Assembly: GCA_031364805.1 (NCBI GenBank)
Contig: JANLWW010000060.1
Span: 49,867 to 113,866, forward strand
Origin: Acidobacteriota bacterium
Lineage (GTDB): Bacteria; Acidobacteriota; Vicinamibacteria; Vicinamibacterales; UBA2999
Direction of reading: 5' to 3'
Length of the DNA stretch: 64,000 nucleotides
Below are positions 8,480-17,820 of the stretch, one piece after another. The translations under genes and the position numbers were made by a program. Positions within the stretch are counted from its first letter, which is position 1, and every line of letters begins with the position of its first letter. The notes under the pieces are model-generated. The model saw only the letters and a program-made list of their open reading frames with translations, was not told the DNA's origin and did not search any database.

Positions 8480-9052
8480 TTAGCGCTTGGCCGACTCGTA
8501 AATCGTCGCCGCACCACCACCGATGGCGGCGCCGATGAGCGCGCCCTTCTTGCCGCCGATCAAGCCGCCGATGCCAGCGCCGCCGCCGGCGCTGCCGCCG
8601 ATGATCATCGCGGTCTTGCCCCACGAGCGGCCCTCACGCCGATCGGCCTCGCGCACGACCGCGCGTTGGCGATTCACAGCCGGTCGCGCCGCGGCGCGCG
8701 TGCGCTGCACCGGCATCGAGACCATCTCGGACGCGTACATCGGCTGAGGCGCGTAGGCGGGCTGCGGCGCGTAATACCCAGCCTGTGCACCAGTCGCGGT
8801 CGCACAGGTCACTTCTGCCACCTCGCGGCCACCGACGATCACGCGTCGAACCACCGGTTCCTGGTACGGCTGGCATTGCACGGACGCGCCCTGGCTGAGC
8901 GCACTCGGATTGGCCACCGTCATGGCATACGGGCTATTCGGGTCCGCGCCCATGACGGGAGCGGGCGTCGATCGCATCTGTGCCGACACACCGAGCGCCA
9001 CTGCGCCCGCCATGAGCCCCCCAATCGCCGATCCCAAAATGGTTCTCATCAT
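8480..9052 (-). CDS. secreted or membrane glycine-zipper protein
   Basis: Signal-like MMRTILGSAIGGLMAGAVALGVSA; C-terminal IIGGSAGGGAGIGGLIGGKKGALIGAAIGGGAA. Confidence 0.55.
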   Translation of the reverse strand: MMRTILGSAIGGLMAGAVALGVSAQMRSTPAPVMGADPNSPYAMTVANPSALSQGASVQCQPYQEPVVRRVIVGGREVAEVTCATATGAQAGYYAPQPAYAPQPMYASEMVSMPVQRTRAAARPAVNRQRAVVREADRREGRSWGKTAMIIGGSAGGGAGIGGLIGGKKGALIGAAIGGGAATIYESAKR

Positions 9053-9257
9053 GATCGTGTCTCCTCTGACGACAATCACTTACAAGGCATGTGCCAGCGT
9101 TTACCGGCGAAAAACGACTAGTTGTGAGGACGAAAGTCAGGGATCTCAGACGAGAAGCTGGGATGGATGTGCCGCCTACAGGACAGCTCAGCAGTTGTTC
9201 AGGGCAGCCAGGACAGGAAGAAAGGCTTCTTCACGAGGCCGCCCCATTGCGGACCAC

Positions 9258-9827
9258 TTAGGGAGAAATCACCCACGCGAGACTGACGCCAAGTGACACG
9301 CGCCAAAAGCCGAAGTTGTCGGGACGCCGCAGGTCAGGGTGATCGGCGAGAGTCCGGAAGTAGCGCGCGTCGCCGCGCACCGCGACGAGATCGTTCACGG
9401 CGACCACCGCGCCGCCGCCGGCATTGATGCCAAGATCGAACGTCCTCGCCGGACGGGTACAAGGAAAATCGCAGCCGTCGGCCTGAATGACACCCGCGCC
9501 CGCCGCGACGAACGGCCGCACGCGGCCCTTCGGCTGAATCCAGTTGCCGTTGAACATGTAGGTCGCCACCTCGAGTTGTTGACGGCCGGCATCGAGGTCG
9601 GCCGCATAACCGAAGTCGAACTCGGCGCCCCAGCCGCTCTCTTCCTGCACCGACACCGAGACGCCCGGCGTGAACACCGGAGATGAGACGTCGCCGCCAG
9701 TGGCCCAACCGGCGTGCCCGGTGAGGTAGCCGCGAAACGCGCCCATGCTCATCTGAGCTTCCGCCCGCGTGACGCCGGCCGCCACCAACCCGCACACACA
9801 CATCGCGAACACAACTATCCGCTTCAT
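9258..9827 (-). CDS. outer-membrane beta-barrel protein (OmpW/porin-like)
   Basis: Signal peptide MKRIVVFAMCVCGLVAAGVTRAEA; alternating beta-strand pattern with aromatic-rich C-terminus; AGGAG SD before ATG at 9827. Confidence 0.7.
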   Translation of the reverse strand: MKRIVVFAMCVCGLVAAGVTRAEAQMSMGAFRGYLTGHAGWATGGDVSSPVFTPGVSVSVQEESGWGAEFDFGYAADLDAGRQQLEVATYMFNGNWIQPKGRVRPFVAAGAGVIQADGCDFPCTRPARTFDLGINAGGGAVVAVNDLVAVRGDARYFRTLADHPDLRRPDNFGFWRVSLGVSLAWVISP

Positions 9828-9835
9828 CAGGTCTC

Positions 9836-10411
9836 CTAACACTCACCGCTTGCGGGTGTCCCGGTGAACAGCCGCTGCCCGGCACTCAACAACCACTGGC
9901 GCGCCTCCTGGTGACGCGGACACACGGCGCGCACGTGCCGCCAGAACCGCTCCGAGTGGTTCAACTCCCGGCGATGCATCAACTCGTGCAACATCACGTA
10001 CTCGCGCACGAAGTCGGGCACAAGGATCAACCGCCAGTTCAAGGTGATGGCTCCGGCGGCCGAACACGCGCCCCATCGTGAGCGCTGGTTGCGCACCGAA
10101 ATGCCGGTCACCGAAATACCATGCGCAACGGCCAGTTCGCGCAGCGCCGGCGGCAACTCGCGAAGTGCACGCTTGCGCAACGCCGGTTCATCCGGATGCA
10201 CCAGGGCCGGCCGGGCCATTCGCGACGCCCGCTGGCTGTCAATCCACGGCTGGCTCTTTTCGACAAACGCCAGGGCCGCGCGCTTCGAGCCCCAGCGCGG
10301 CAGCGTCACGCGGAGCGTGCCGTCATCCAAGACGCGAAGGATGTAACGCCGGGCCCAACGGTGACGCACGAACACCGTGGGCGCGACCCGAAGCGGCAAA
10401 TCCAGCTGCAT
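9836..10411 (-). CDS. M48/YgjP-like (DUF45) zinc metallohydrolase
   Basis: HELMHRRELNHSERFW (HExxH motif). Confidence 0.8.
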   Translation of the reverse strand: MQLDLPLRVAPTVFVRHRWARRYILRVLDDGTLRVTLPRWGSKRAALAFVEKSQPWIDSQRASRMARPALVHPDEPALRKRALRELPPALRELAVAHGISVTGISVRNQRSRWGACSAAGAITLNWRLILVPDFVREYVMLHELMHRRELNHSERFWRHVRAVCPRHQEARQWLLSAGQRLFTGTPASGEC

Positions 10412-10444
10412 GAGAGGACTCTAAGATAGCAGTAAAGTAGCAGC

Positions 10445-11947
10445 ATGGCCTCAGGCTTCGACGCCCTCGCAGACCTGGTGCGCGGCGCCACGTTCGACGA
10501 CTTCCTGCTGCGTCCGCACTACAGCGTGATCGAGCGCCGCGACCCATCGGTCATCGACCTGTCGTGCCGCTTCTCCACGAACATCACGCTCAGGCGTCCG
10601 CTGGTCTCGGCCAACATGGATACGGTCACGCGCGCGCCGATGGCGATTGTGCAGGCCGAAGAGGGTGGCCTCGGCATCATCGACCGCGGGTTCCGCAACG
10701 GCGACATCGAGCCGCAGGTGCGCGAAGTCGAGAAGGTGAAACGGATGCAGCACATCATCATCCGCGATCCCTACGCCGTGACACCGGAGACGTCGTTGGC
10801 CGATGCCACGCTGCTGATGAGGCGGGCGCGCGCGGGCACCCTGGTGGTGGTTGACGATCGGCGCCGGTTGCAGGGACTGCTCACCGAGCGGGACGTTCGA
10901 TTTGTCGACACGACGCAAGGCGCCGTCGCGTCGCGAATGACGCCCGTTGCGTCACTCGTGCTCGGACATGGCGAACTGTCTCTGGCGCTGGCCGAGCGCC
11001 TGATGGTCGAGCGAAAGGTCAAGAAGCTGCCACTGGTCGATGAGCACGGCACGCTGATCGGACTGATCACGGCGAAAGACATCGACCGCCAGGAGCGCCT
11101 GCCGTTTGCGACCCGCGACACGCACGGCCGTTTGCGCGTCGGCGCCGCGATCGGCGCGACCGGGGACTACCTCGAACGCGCGGCCGAACTGGTGAAGGCC
11201 CACGTTGACGTGATCGTCATCGACATTGCCCATGGCCACTCGACGGTCATGGCTAAGGCGATTGACGCCTTCCGTCTGGCTTTTCCGGATCTCGAACTGG
11301 TGGCCGGCAACGTGGCGACGGCCGACGGCGTGCGGTTTCTCGCCGAGCGCGGCGTCAATGCGATCAAGGTCGGCATTGGTCCCGGCGGCGGCTGCACGAC
11401 ACGGCTCACCACCAGCTTCGGCGTGCCGCAACTGCAGGCACTGTTCGAATGCCGGCAGGGCGCGGGAGATCTCGGGGTGCCGCTGATTGCCGATGGCGGC
11501 ATCAAGCGGCATGGCGCCATTCTCGAAGCGCTGCTTTTCGGCGGCGATACGGTGATGCTGGGCAGCATGTTTGCCGGCACCGAAGAAACGCCGGGCGACG
11601 TCGTCCAGAAATCGGTGGTGCTGCCCGATCAACAACGCTCGGTGAAGGTGCCGTTCAAGGTGCTGCGCGGGATGGCGTCAATCCAGGCGATTCGCGATCG
11701 GCTCGACGTCGAAGACGACGAAGTGGTGGATCTCGAAGCGCTCGGCGCCGAAGGGACCGAGGTCAGCGTTCCGGCGCGCGGCTCGGTGCGGCCAATCGTG
11801 CAGGATATTCTCAAGCACTTGTGCTCGTCGATTAGTTATGGCGGAGCCAGGAGCCTCGACGAACTGCGGCAGATGTTCCGCGCCGATCCGCTGCGCTATC
11901 TGGTCAAGTTGTCGGCGTCGTCCAAGCGAGAAAGCTACGAGCGCTAG
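10445..11947 (+). CDS. guaB: IMP dehydrogenase
   Basis: FDDFLLRP, SANMDTVT, tandem CBS region, GIGPGGGCTTR catalytic-Cys loop, ADGGI, GSMFAGTEETPG. Confidence 0.85.
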   Translation: MASGFDALADLVRGATFDDFLLRPHYSVIERRDPSVIDLSCRFSTNITLRRPLVSANMDTVTRAPMAIVQAEEGGLGIIDRGFRNGDIEPQVREVEKVKRMQHIIIRDPYAVTPETSLADATLLMRRARAGTLVVVDDRRRLQGLLTERDVRFVDTTQGAVASRMTPVASLVLGHGELSLALAERLMVERKVKKLPLVDEHGTLIGLITAKDIDRQERLPFATRDTHGRLRVGAAIGATGDYLERAAELVKAHVDVIVIDIAHGHSTVMAKAIDAFRLAFPDLELVAGNVATADGVRFLAERGVNAIKVGIGPGGGCTTRLTTSFGVPQLQALFECRQGAGDLGVPLIADGGIKRHGAILEALLFGGDTVMLGSMFAGTEETPGDVVQKSVVLPDQQRSVKVPFKVLRGMASIQAIRDRLDVEDDEVVDLEALGAEGTEVSVPARGSVRPIVQDILKHLCSSISYGGARSLDELRQMFRADPLRYLVKLSASSKRESYER

Positions 11948-12531
11948 CGGGACGAACGGCGCGACCAGCCCGCCAATAAGACGTGACTGTTCACGCCGGG
12001 GTTCGACGAGAGCTGGTTGCCGTTCGAGAAGTGCTGAAAGCGGTACGACAGCACCACGCTGTCACGCGGTGAGGTGTGCCACCTGGCGCCGCCGCCCCAG
12101 TGCGCTGTGAAGTTCACCGACTGGGTGTTCTCCGGGATCGGTTCGGTCGTCCACAGTCCGCCCATTGCCAACTCGCCAAATAGCGACCACCTGCGCAGCG
12201 GCAGGAAGTTCCAGCGCCACACAATCGGCGCGACGCCAGCGCCGTAAAGTCGCGATGGCTCGAACTGAACCATGAGCGGTGTCGCCTCAACGGCCCACGC
12301 AAAGCAGCCACGCAGCCAGCCGGGGCCATGGGGCCGGGTCAACGAGCGGCCCCACGACACGGTCTGCACACCGTAGTGGCGGTCACCGGTGGAATCGAAC
12401 AGTGCCACGCTGCGAGCGGCGCCTGCCGACACCATCCATTCCGAGCGCACTTCTCCGGTTCGTCCCGGTTGTAGGCAGGTCGCAACCGGCACTGTTGCCA
12501 ACTGCATGGCCAGCAGCGTCGTCAGGATCAT
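11944..12531 (-). CDS. acyloxyacyl hydrolase (PagL-like lipid A deacylase family)
   Basis: Signal peptide; YRFQHFSNGN motif near the C-terminus. Confidence 0.7.
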   Translation of the reverse strand: MILTTLLAMQLATVPVATCLQPGRTGEVRSEWMVSAGAARSVALFDSTGDRHYGVQTVSWGRSLTRPHGPGWLRGCFAWAVEATPLMVQFEPSRLYGAGVAPIVWRWNFLPLRRWSLFGELAMGGLWTTEPIPENTQSVNFTAHWGGGARWHTSPRDSVVLSYRFQHFSNGNQLSSNPGVNSHVLLAGWSRRSSR

Positions 12532-12935
12532 CAGTCGCCGGACAAGCGTTGCGCGAAGGTGATCACGTGGCCATCCGGGTCGGTCACCGCGAACTCGCGC
12601 ATGCCGTAGAACTGCGTCTTGAGCGGCATCACGATGGTTGCTTGCGGTGCCACCATCGCGTGCAGCGCGTCAACGTTGGTGACGATGAAGAACATGGTGC
12701 AAGTGCCGCCGGACGGCGTCGACGCCATCGCGGGGAAATCGTGCACAGCGGCGGTCACGTCGTTGAGGAACACAGGCACGCCATCGCGCTCGAGGCCGAC
12801 AAACACATACGGCGCCGCATCGGGCACGCTCATGCTAATGGTGAAGCCAAGCACATCGCGATAAAACGCCAGGCTTGAGGCGAGATCGCGCACCACAAGG
12901 TTAGGGGTTACGGAAGTAAAGCGGGTCATGGGCAC
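12531..12935 (-). CDS. VOC family protein (glyoxalase/bleomycin-resistance fold)
   Basis: PNLVVRDLASSLAFYRDVLGF...FAVTDPDGHVITF. Confidence 0.75.
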   Translation of the reverse strand: MPMTRFTSVTPNLVVRDLASSLAFYRDVLGFTISMSVPDAAPYVFVGLERDGVPVFLNDVTAAVHDFPAMASTPSGGTCTMFFIVTNVDALHAMVAPQATIVMPLKTQFYGMREFAVTDPDGHVITFAQRLSGD

Positions 12936-13162
12936 ACTCCGGCCGTAACTCGCGTTACCTCCATCCGCCGATCTGCGAGAAGAGATCGTCGAGTAGGGGC
13001 GCTGTTTGGGCAGCCCCGCGAGGGACCTGACCAGTTTATCAACCCACGCCGGGCGCTGCCAGCCCGGGGCGGCGACCAGGGCCCGCGCCGCTGGTTACGG
13101 GGGGATCAGGCCCTCTGGCTTGGTCGGATCTGCTCGAATGCAGCAACTGCTATGCTCCAGGT

Positions 13163-13399
13163 ATGGCGCGCGGCTGGGAGAGCAAATCGATCGAGTCGCA
13201 GCAAGACGATGCCGGTCGCAAGGCGGCGGGCGGCCCGGCATTGACGCCGGAGGAGCAGGCGCGAAATCTGCGAATAGCCGGGCTCCGGCTGGCCCTGGCT
13301 GAAACCCAGGCCCAAATGGGTGCCGCCTGCCGGCCAGCTCATCGGGAAATGCTGAAATTACGCCTTGAGGCGATCCAGGCTCAACTGAAGGACTTGTGA
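13163..13399 (+). CDS. small conserved hypothetical protein (helical)
   Basis: Starts MARGWESKSIESQQ; sits cleanly in a gap between other genes; coding-like codon usage. Confidence 0.5.
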   Translation: MARGWESKSIESQQDDAGRKAAGGPALTPEEQARNLRIAGLRLALAETQAQMGAACRPAHREMLKLRLEAIQAQLKDL

Positions 13400-13520
13400 C
13401 GAACGGGTAGATTTGCTAAGCTCATCGCCCAAGCCAAAGACAAACCAACATTCCACATCCACGTTGGATTTGACCACGATCACCCAATTGCCTTCAGCCG
13501 TCACCCGTTAGAGTTCACCA

Positions 13521-14240
13521 GTGCCACCAGTCCGATTGTTCGTGGGCAATTTGCCCTATCAGGCGACCGAAGACGACCTGCGTACCCACTTCGCGCAGGT
13601 GGGCCCACCCACTCAAATTGTGCGTCCGCTCGACCGGGAAACCGGTCGCGCGCGCGGATTTGCGTTCGTTGAGTACGCGGAGCGCGCGCCTGCAGAAGAA
13701 GCCATCAAGAAATTCGACGGCCAGTTGTTCATGGGCCGTCCGCTGGCTGTCAGCGAAGCCCGCGCCCGCGAGGCCGGAGGCCCGCCGCGACCTAGCGGCG
13801 GCTTCGGCGGCCCGCCTCGGCCCGGCGGCTTCAGCGGTGGCGGCGGATTCAGTGGTGGCGGCGGGTTTAGCGGCCCGCGACCAGGCGGGGGCTTCGGCGG
13901 CCCGCCTCGTCCCGGCGGATACGGTGGCGGCGAGGCCACCGGTGGCGCCAAGAACTTCGGTCCCCCGGCCCCGCCGAAGGACAAGAAAAAGCCCTTTACC
14001 AAGAAGGAAGACAAGCCGCGCGGCCCGATTCCCACCAAGTTCACCGGTCGGATGTATGACCTGGATGATTCGGAAGAAGACGCCGTCGACGCCATGCCCG
14101 ACTTCATGAAGCACGAGGATCCGGACCCCGACGCGCCGGACCCGGCCGTGGAAGCGGCCCCGGACAACGGCGGCGAACCCGAAGGCGGCAACGAACCCGA
14201 CGGCAGCGGCAACCCCGAACGCGGCGACGACAAAGAGTAG
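13521..14240 (+). CDS. RRM-type RNA-binding protein with Gly/Arg/Pro-rich repeats and acidic C-terminal tail
   Basis: RNP2 LFVGNL and RNP1 RGFAFVEY; then GGFGGPPRPGGFSGGGGFSGGGGFSGPRPGGGFGGPPRPGGYGGG; then a basic KDKKKPFTKKEDK stretch and a D/E/P-rich end. Confidence 0.85.
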   Translation: MPPVRLFVGNLPYQATEDDLRTHFAQVGPPTQIVRPLDRETGRARGFAFVEYAERAPAEEAIKKFDGQLFMGRPLAVSEARAREAGGPPRPSGGFGGPPRPGGFSGGGGFSGGGGFSGPRPGGGFGGPPRPGGYGGGEATGGAKNFGPPAPPKDKKKPFTKKEDKPRGPIPTKFTGRMYDLDDSEEDAVDAMPDFMKHEDPDPDAPDPAVEAAPDNGGEPEGGNEPDGSGNPERGDDKE

Positions 14241-14309
14241 TCAGGAGACTGACGCGTCTTGGGCGCAGGTCGTTCTTGAGCGTGTCGAACCGGTCGGCCG
14301 CAGACAGGT

Positions 14310-14864
14310 ATGATTCCGGCGAACATGACTGAATCGCCCATCCTCGCGGCCGCACTCGACGAATTCCAGAAGATCAAAAAACTGGCCGACAAGTCGATCG
14401 AACAACTGTCCGACGATCAACTACACACGAAGATCGACGCGGACGGTAACAGCGTTGCCGTGATCATGCGGCACCTGGCCGGCAACATGCGATCGCGGTG
14501 GGTCGACTTCCTAGCCAGCGACGGCGAGAAACCCGATCGCATGCGCGATCGAGAGTTCGAGGAGGTCGCGCAGACGCGCGCCGAACTGACAGCGGAGTGG
14601 GAGCACGGCTGGCAGTGCGTGTTCAGTGCGCTGACGCCACTCACCGACGCCGACCTGCAGCGCACTGTCATTATTCGCGGCGAGCCGCACTCGGTCTATA
14701 AGGCCATGAGCCGGCAGGTCGCGCACTATGCCGGCCATGCGTATCAGATCCTGTTCCTGGCCAAGCACCTGCTGGGGCCGGCGTGGAAAACACTGTCGAT
14801 TCCGCGCGGGCAATCCGAGGAGTTCAATCGGCGCATGCTGGCGAAGCTGAGAGCAGCAGGCTGA
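14310..14864 (+). CDS. DinB/DUF1572 family protein
   Basis: Four-helix DinB-like pattern with IMRHLAGNM...VAHYAGHAYQI. Confidence 0.7.
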   Translation: MIPANMTESPILAAALDEFQKIKKLADKSIEQLSDDQLHTKIDADGNSVAVIMRHLAGNMRSRWVDFLASDGEKPDRMRDREFEEVAQTRAELTAEWEHGWQCVFSALTPLTDADLQRTVIIRGEPHSVYKAMSRQVAHYAGHAYQILFLAKHLLGPAWKTLSIPRGQSEEFNRRMLAKLRAAG

Positions 14865-15844
14865 TGGCCCTGCGCTGGGGCATTCTCGGCACGGCGCGCA
14901 TCAACCGGCGGCTGATTCCGGCCCTGCGGCTGGCGGCGCGCAGCGAGCTGGTGGCGGTGGCGAGCCGCACGCGGACCCGAGCCGACGCCTACGCCGCCGA
15001 GTGGAACATTCCGCGCGCGTTCGCAGGCTACCAGGCCCTGCTCGACCAACCGGGCATCGACGCCGTCTACATCCCACTCCCCAACAGTCATCACGTGCCA
15101 TGGACGCTCGCCGCGGTCGCCGCCGGCAAGCATGTGCTGTGCGAGAAGCCGATGGCCCTGGCTCCTGCCGATGTCGATCGCATTCACGCCTCCGCGTCGG
15201 CCGCGAAGGTGGTCGTGGAAGAGGGCTTCATGTATCGCCACGAACCGCTGACGGCCAAGGTGCTCGAACTCGTCCATGGCGGGGCAATTGGCAGGGTGCG
15301 CGCGATCGTGTCTGGATTCACGTTCGCGTTGACCAACGCCTCCGACCCGCGGCTCGATCCGGCGCTCGGCGGTGGCTCGCTGTGGGACGTCGGCTGCTAC
15401 CCGGTGACCTACGCGCGGCTGCTTGTGGGACGCGATCCCAAGATGGTGTTCGGCTCGGCGCATTGGCATACGACCGGCGTGGATGAAGAGTTCACGGGCA
15501 TGCTGCGTTTCCCTGGCGGCACGACGGCGACGATCTATTCCGGATTTCGCGCGGCGCTGCGCACCTGGCTCGAAGTGCTGGGTAGCGACGGCGCGTTGAC
15601 GGTGCCGAACCCTTTCAAGCCCGGTGTCCGGGAATCCCTGGTAATCGAGCGGGGCGGCCGCGTCGAAACCATCGAGGTCGCCGGCTCGCCGGAACTGTTT
15701 GTGCGGCAGATTGAACACTTCGAGCAGTCCGCCCTCGACGGGGCGCCATCAGTCGTGACGTTCGCCGACAGCCGTTACGCCGCCGCAACATTGTCGGCCC
15801 TGCTCGACTCGGCACGCGACACGACGGCGTTGTATCCTGAGTAG
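14864..15844 (+). CDS. Gfo/Idh/MocA family oxidoreductase
   Basis: MALRWGILGTARINRRLIPAL Rossmann start; EKPMA motif; ATG at 14864 overlaps the upstream TGA. Confidence 0.85.
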   Translation: MALRWGILGTARINRRLIPALRLAARSELVAVASRTRTRADAYAAEWNIPRAFAGYQALLDQPGIDAVYIPLPNSHHVPWTLAAVAAGKHVLCEKPMALAPADVDRIHASASAAKVVVEEGFMYRHEPLTAKVLELVHGGAIGRVRAIVSGFTFALTNASDPRLDPALGGGSLWDVGCYPVTYARLLVGRDPKMVFGSAHWHTTGVDEEFTGMLRFPGGTTATIYSGFRAALRTWLEVLGSDGALTVPNPFKPGVRESLVIERGGRVETIEVAGSPELFVRQIEHFEQSALDGAPSVVTFADSRYAAATLSALLDSARDTTALYPE

Positions 15845-16063
15845 GTGCAGTCGGCAGCTCCGACCATTCTGTGGCGGTTGTTTAAGACCGGACGCGAGCA
15901 TGCCCGCGCGGTGATACTGCCCGGCGGTCCGCCCTACACCCTGGCCTTCTTTTCCAGCGACCAGATGGACCGGGTCGAGAATTACGAGACGACCGAAATC
16001 GCGGTCTTCCGCGCGGACGAAATTAAGCGGTCGCTGGCCGCTGAAGGCTGGACTGAGGAATAG
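15845..16063 (+). CDS. hypothetical small protein
   Basis: GTG start immediately after the upstream stop; 72 codons; no recognised motif. Confidence 0.4.
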   Translation: MQSAAPTILWRLFKTGREHARAVILPGGPPYTLAFFSSDQMDRVENYETTEIAVFRADEIKRSLAAEGWTEE

Positions 16064-16098
16064 GGGCTTGGGGGCTTGGGGGCTTTGGGGGCTTGGGG
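16063..16098 (+). repeat. tandem GGGGGCTT octamer array (5 G-runs), G-quadruplex motif
   Basis: G-runs at 16063-66, 16070-74, 16078-82, 16087-91 and 16095-98, separated by CTT/CTTT; the array fills the spacer before ispG. Confidence 0.9.
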
Positions 16099-16106
16099 AT
16101 TTGCGC

Positions 16107-17354
16107 ATGTTGACGATAGACAAGCGGCATCGAACGGTCGGCGTCCAGGTCGGTAACGTCATGGTCGGCGGCGGCGCGCCGGTCGTCGTGCAGTCGATGA
16201 CCATGACCGACACCGCCGATGCGAAGGGCACCGCCCAGCAGTGCATTGAGCTGTGGCAGGCTGGCTCGGAGATGGTGCGGGTCACCGTCAACGTGCCCGA
16301 AGCGGCGGCCGCAGTCCCCGAGATCAAGCAGCGCATGCTTGACGCCGGCTGCACGGCGCCGCTGATCGGCGACTTCCACTACAACGGCCACCTGCTGCTC
16401 ACGCGCCAGCCCGATTGCGCGCGCGCGCTCGACAAATACCGCATCAACCCTGGCAACGTCGGCACCGGCAAGCGGCGCGACGAACAGTTCGCCACCATCT
16501 GCCAGGTCGCGATCGATCACGGCAAGCCTGTGCGCATTGGCGTCAACGGCGGCTCCCTCAATCAGGAGCTGGTGATGGCGAAGATGCAGGAGAACACTGA
16601 CCGCAATCTCGGCAAGGAATCGGATGACATCATTAGTGAATGCATGGTGCTGTCGGCCGTGCAGTCCACGGAGCTGGCGATCGAAACCGGCCTGCGCCCG
16701 GATCAGATCATCATCTCGTGCAAGCTGTCGCGGCCTCGGCACTTGATTGACGTCTATCGCGCGCTGGCGCGCCAGACCACGCAGCCGCTTCACCTTGGGT
16801 TGACCGAAGCCGGCATGGGCACCAAGGGCCTGGTGTGGTCGTCGGCGGCCATGGGCGTACTGCTCGCCGAGGGCATTGGCGATACGGTGCGCGTGTCGCT
16901 GACGCCGCGCCCCGGCGGCGATCGGCGCGAAGAGGTCTATGCCGCCTGCGAACTGCTGCAGTCGCTGGGCATCCGTACGTTTGCGCCCAGCGTGACGGCC
17001 TGCCCGGGCTGCGGACGCACGACCAGCAGCACGTTCCAGGAACTGGCCGAAGCGGTGCAGGGCTACATCCGCCAGCAGATGCCGGCGTGGAAGAAGAGCT
17101 ACGAAGGCGTGGAGACCCTGACGCTGGCCGTGATGGGCTGTGTCGTGAATGGTCCCGGCGAATCGAAGGCGGCGAACATCGGCATTTCACTGCCGGGCAC
17201 GGGTGAGGCGCCCCACTGCCCCGTGTTCATCGACGGTGTGCACGCGACCACGCTAAAAGGCACCTACGAAGAGTTGGCGCTCGCCTTCCAGCAACTGTTG
17301 GACGACTACGTCGAGCGTAAGTATCCGAAAAAGGCGTCGCTCGTCGCCGGATGA
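16107..17354 (+). CDS. ispG: 4-hydroxy-3-methylbut-2-en-1-yl diphosphate synthase
   Basis: [28 protein letters not shown] and C-terminal CPGCGRT...[10 protein letters not shown] Fe-S motifs. ATG at 16107 is chosen because the ORF-track TTG at 16068 would translate the G-repeat. Confidence 0.9.
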   Translation: MLTIDKRHRTVGVQVGNVMVGGGAPVVVQSMTMTDTADAKGTAQQCIELWQAGSEMVRVTVNVPEAAAAVPEIKQRMLDAGCTAPLIGDFHYNGHLLLTRQPDCARALDKYRINPGNVGTGKRRDEQFATICQVAIDHGKPVRIGVNGGSLNQELVMAKMQENTDRNLGKESDDIISECMVLSAVQSTELAIETGLRPDQIIISCKLSRPRHLIDVYRALARQTTQPLHLGLTEAGMGTKGLVWSSAAMGVLLAEGIGDTVRVSLTPRPGGDRREEVYAACELLQSLGIRTFAPSVTACPGCGRTTSSTFQELAEAVQGYIRQQMPAWKKSYEGVETLTLAVMGCVVNGPGESKAANIGISLPGTGEAPHCPVFIDGVHATTLKGTYEELALAFQQLLDDYVERKYPKKASLVAG

Positions 17355-17812
17355 CCATTCGTCCCGCCCAACCGTCCGACCGCGACTTCGTGCTCGCCAT
17401 GGCCGATCGCCTGGTGTCGTTCGAGGTGCCGGCCTTTCGCACGAAGGACGAACTGGCGGATGGCGATCGGCGCGCGCTTGCCGAATGGTTCCGCGATCCC
17501 AAGCCAGATGAGGCGTTGTTCGTCGCCGAGACAGATGGCCGGCAGGCCGGTTGCGCATATCTGGTGACCCTGGTTGATTACTTCAACGAGCGGCCGCACG
17601 CGCACCTGTCGGTCCTCGCCGTTGCCGCTGACGCCGAGGGAAAAGGTGTCGGCTCGGCCTTGCTCGATCGCTCGGAGGCCTGGGCCAGAGAGCGCAATTC
17701 AGATCGGCTGACGCTGAGCGCCCTGGTCACCAACAGCCGCGCCCGTGCCCTGTACGAACGCCGCGGTTTTAGTGGCGAATACATTCGCTACGTCCTGCCA
17801 CTCAAGGGATAA
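17351..17812 (+). CDS. GNAT family N-acetyltransferase
   Basis: Acetyl-CoA motif [11 protein letters not shown]...[10 protein letters not shown]; ATGA overlap with ispG. Confidence 0.8.
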   Translation: MTIRPAQPSDRDFVLAMADRLVSFEVPAFRTKDELADGDRRALAEWFRDPKPDEALFVAETDGRQAGCAYLVTLVDYFNERPHAHLSVLAVAADAEGKGVGSALLDRSEAWARERNSDRLTLSALVTNSRARALYERRGFSGEYIRYVLPLKG

Positions 17813-17820
17813 TTCGCGCC

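Noticed and set aside
12936-13162. A 227-nt intergenic region with GC-rich hairpins (for example GGGGC...GCCCC), checked for housekeeping RNAs: SRP RNA, RNase P, 6S and tmRNA.
   Set aside because: I could not find any of the conserved core motifs of those RNAs by eye. It is most simply a divergent or promoter region. A covariance-model scan would be needed to say more.
16063-16098. Short repeat arrays (also at 39125-39152, 57035-57085 and 57854-57883) considered as possible CRISPR arrays.
   Set aside because: The units are 7-10 nt and contiguous, with no spacers. No cas genes are present. They are microsatellite-like tandem repeats, not CRISPR.
16068-16106. ORF-track N-terminal extensions that translate the G-repeats: IspG from TTG at 16068 ([13 protein letters not shown]...) and the EEP protein from 57027 (MELGAWGLGGLGAWGLGDLG...).
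   Set aside because: The extensions are pure repeat translation. Family-typical N-termini begin at the downstream ATGs (16107 and 57102).
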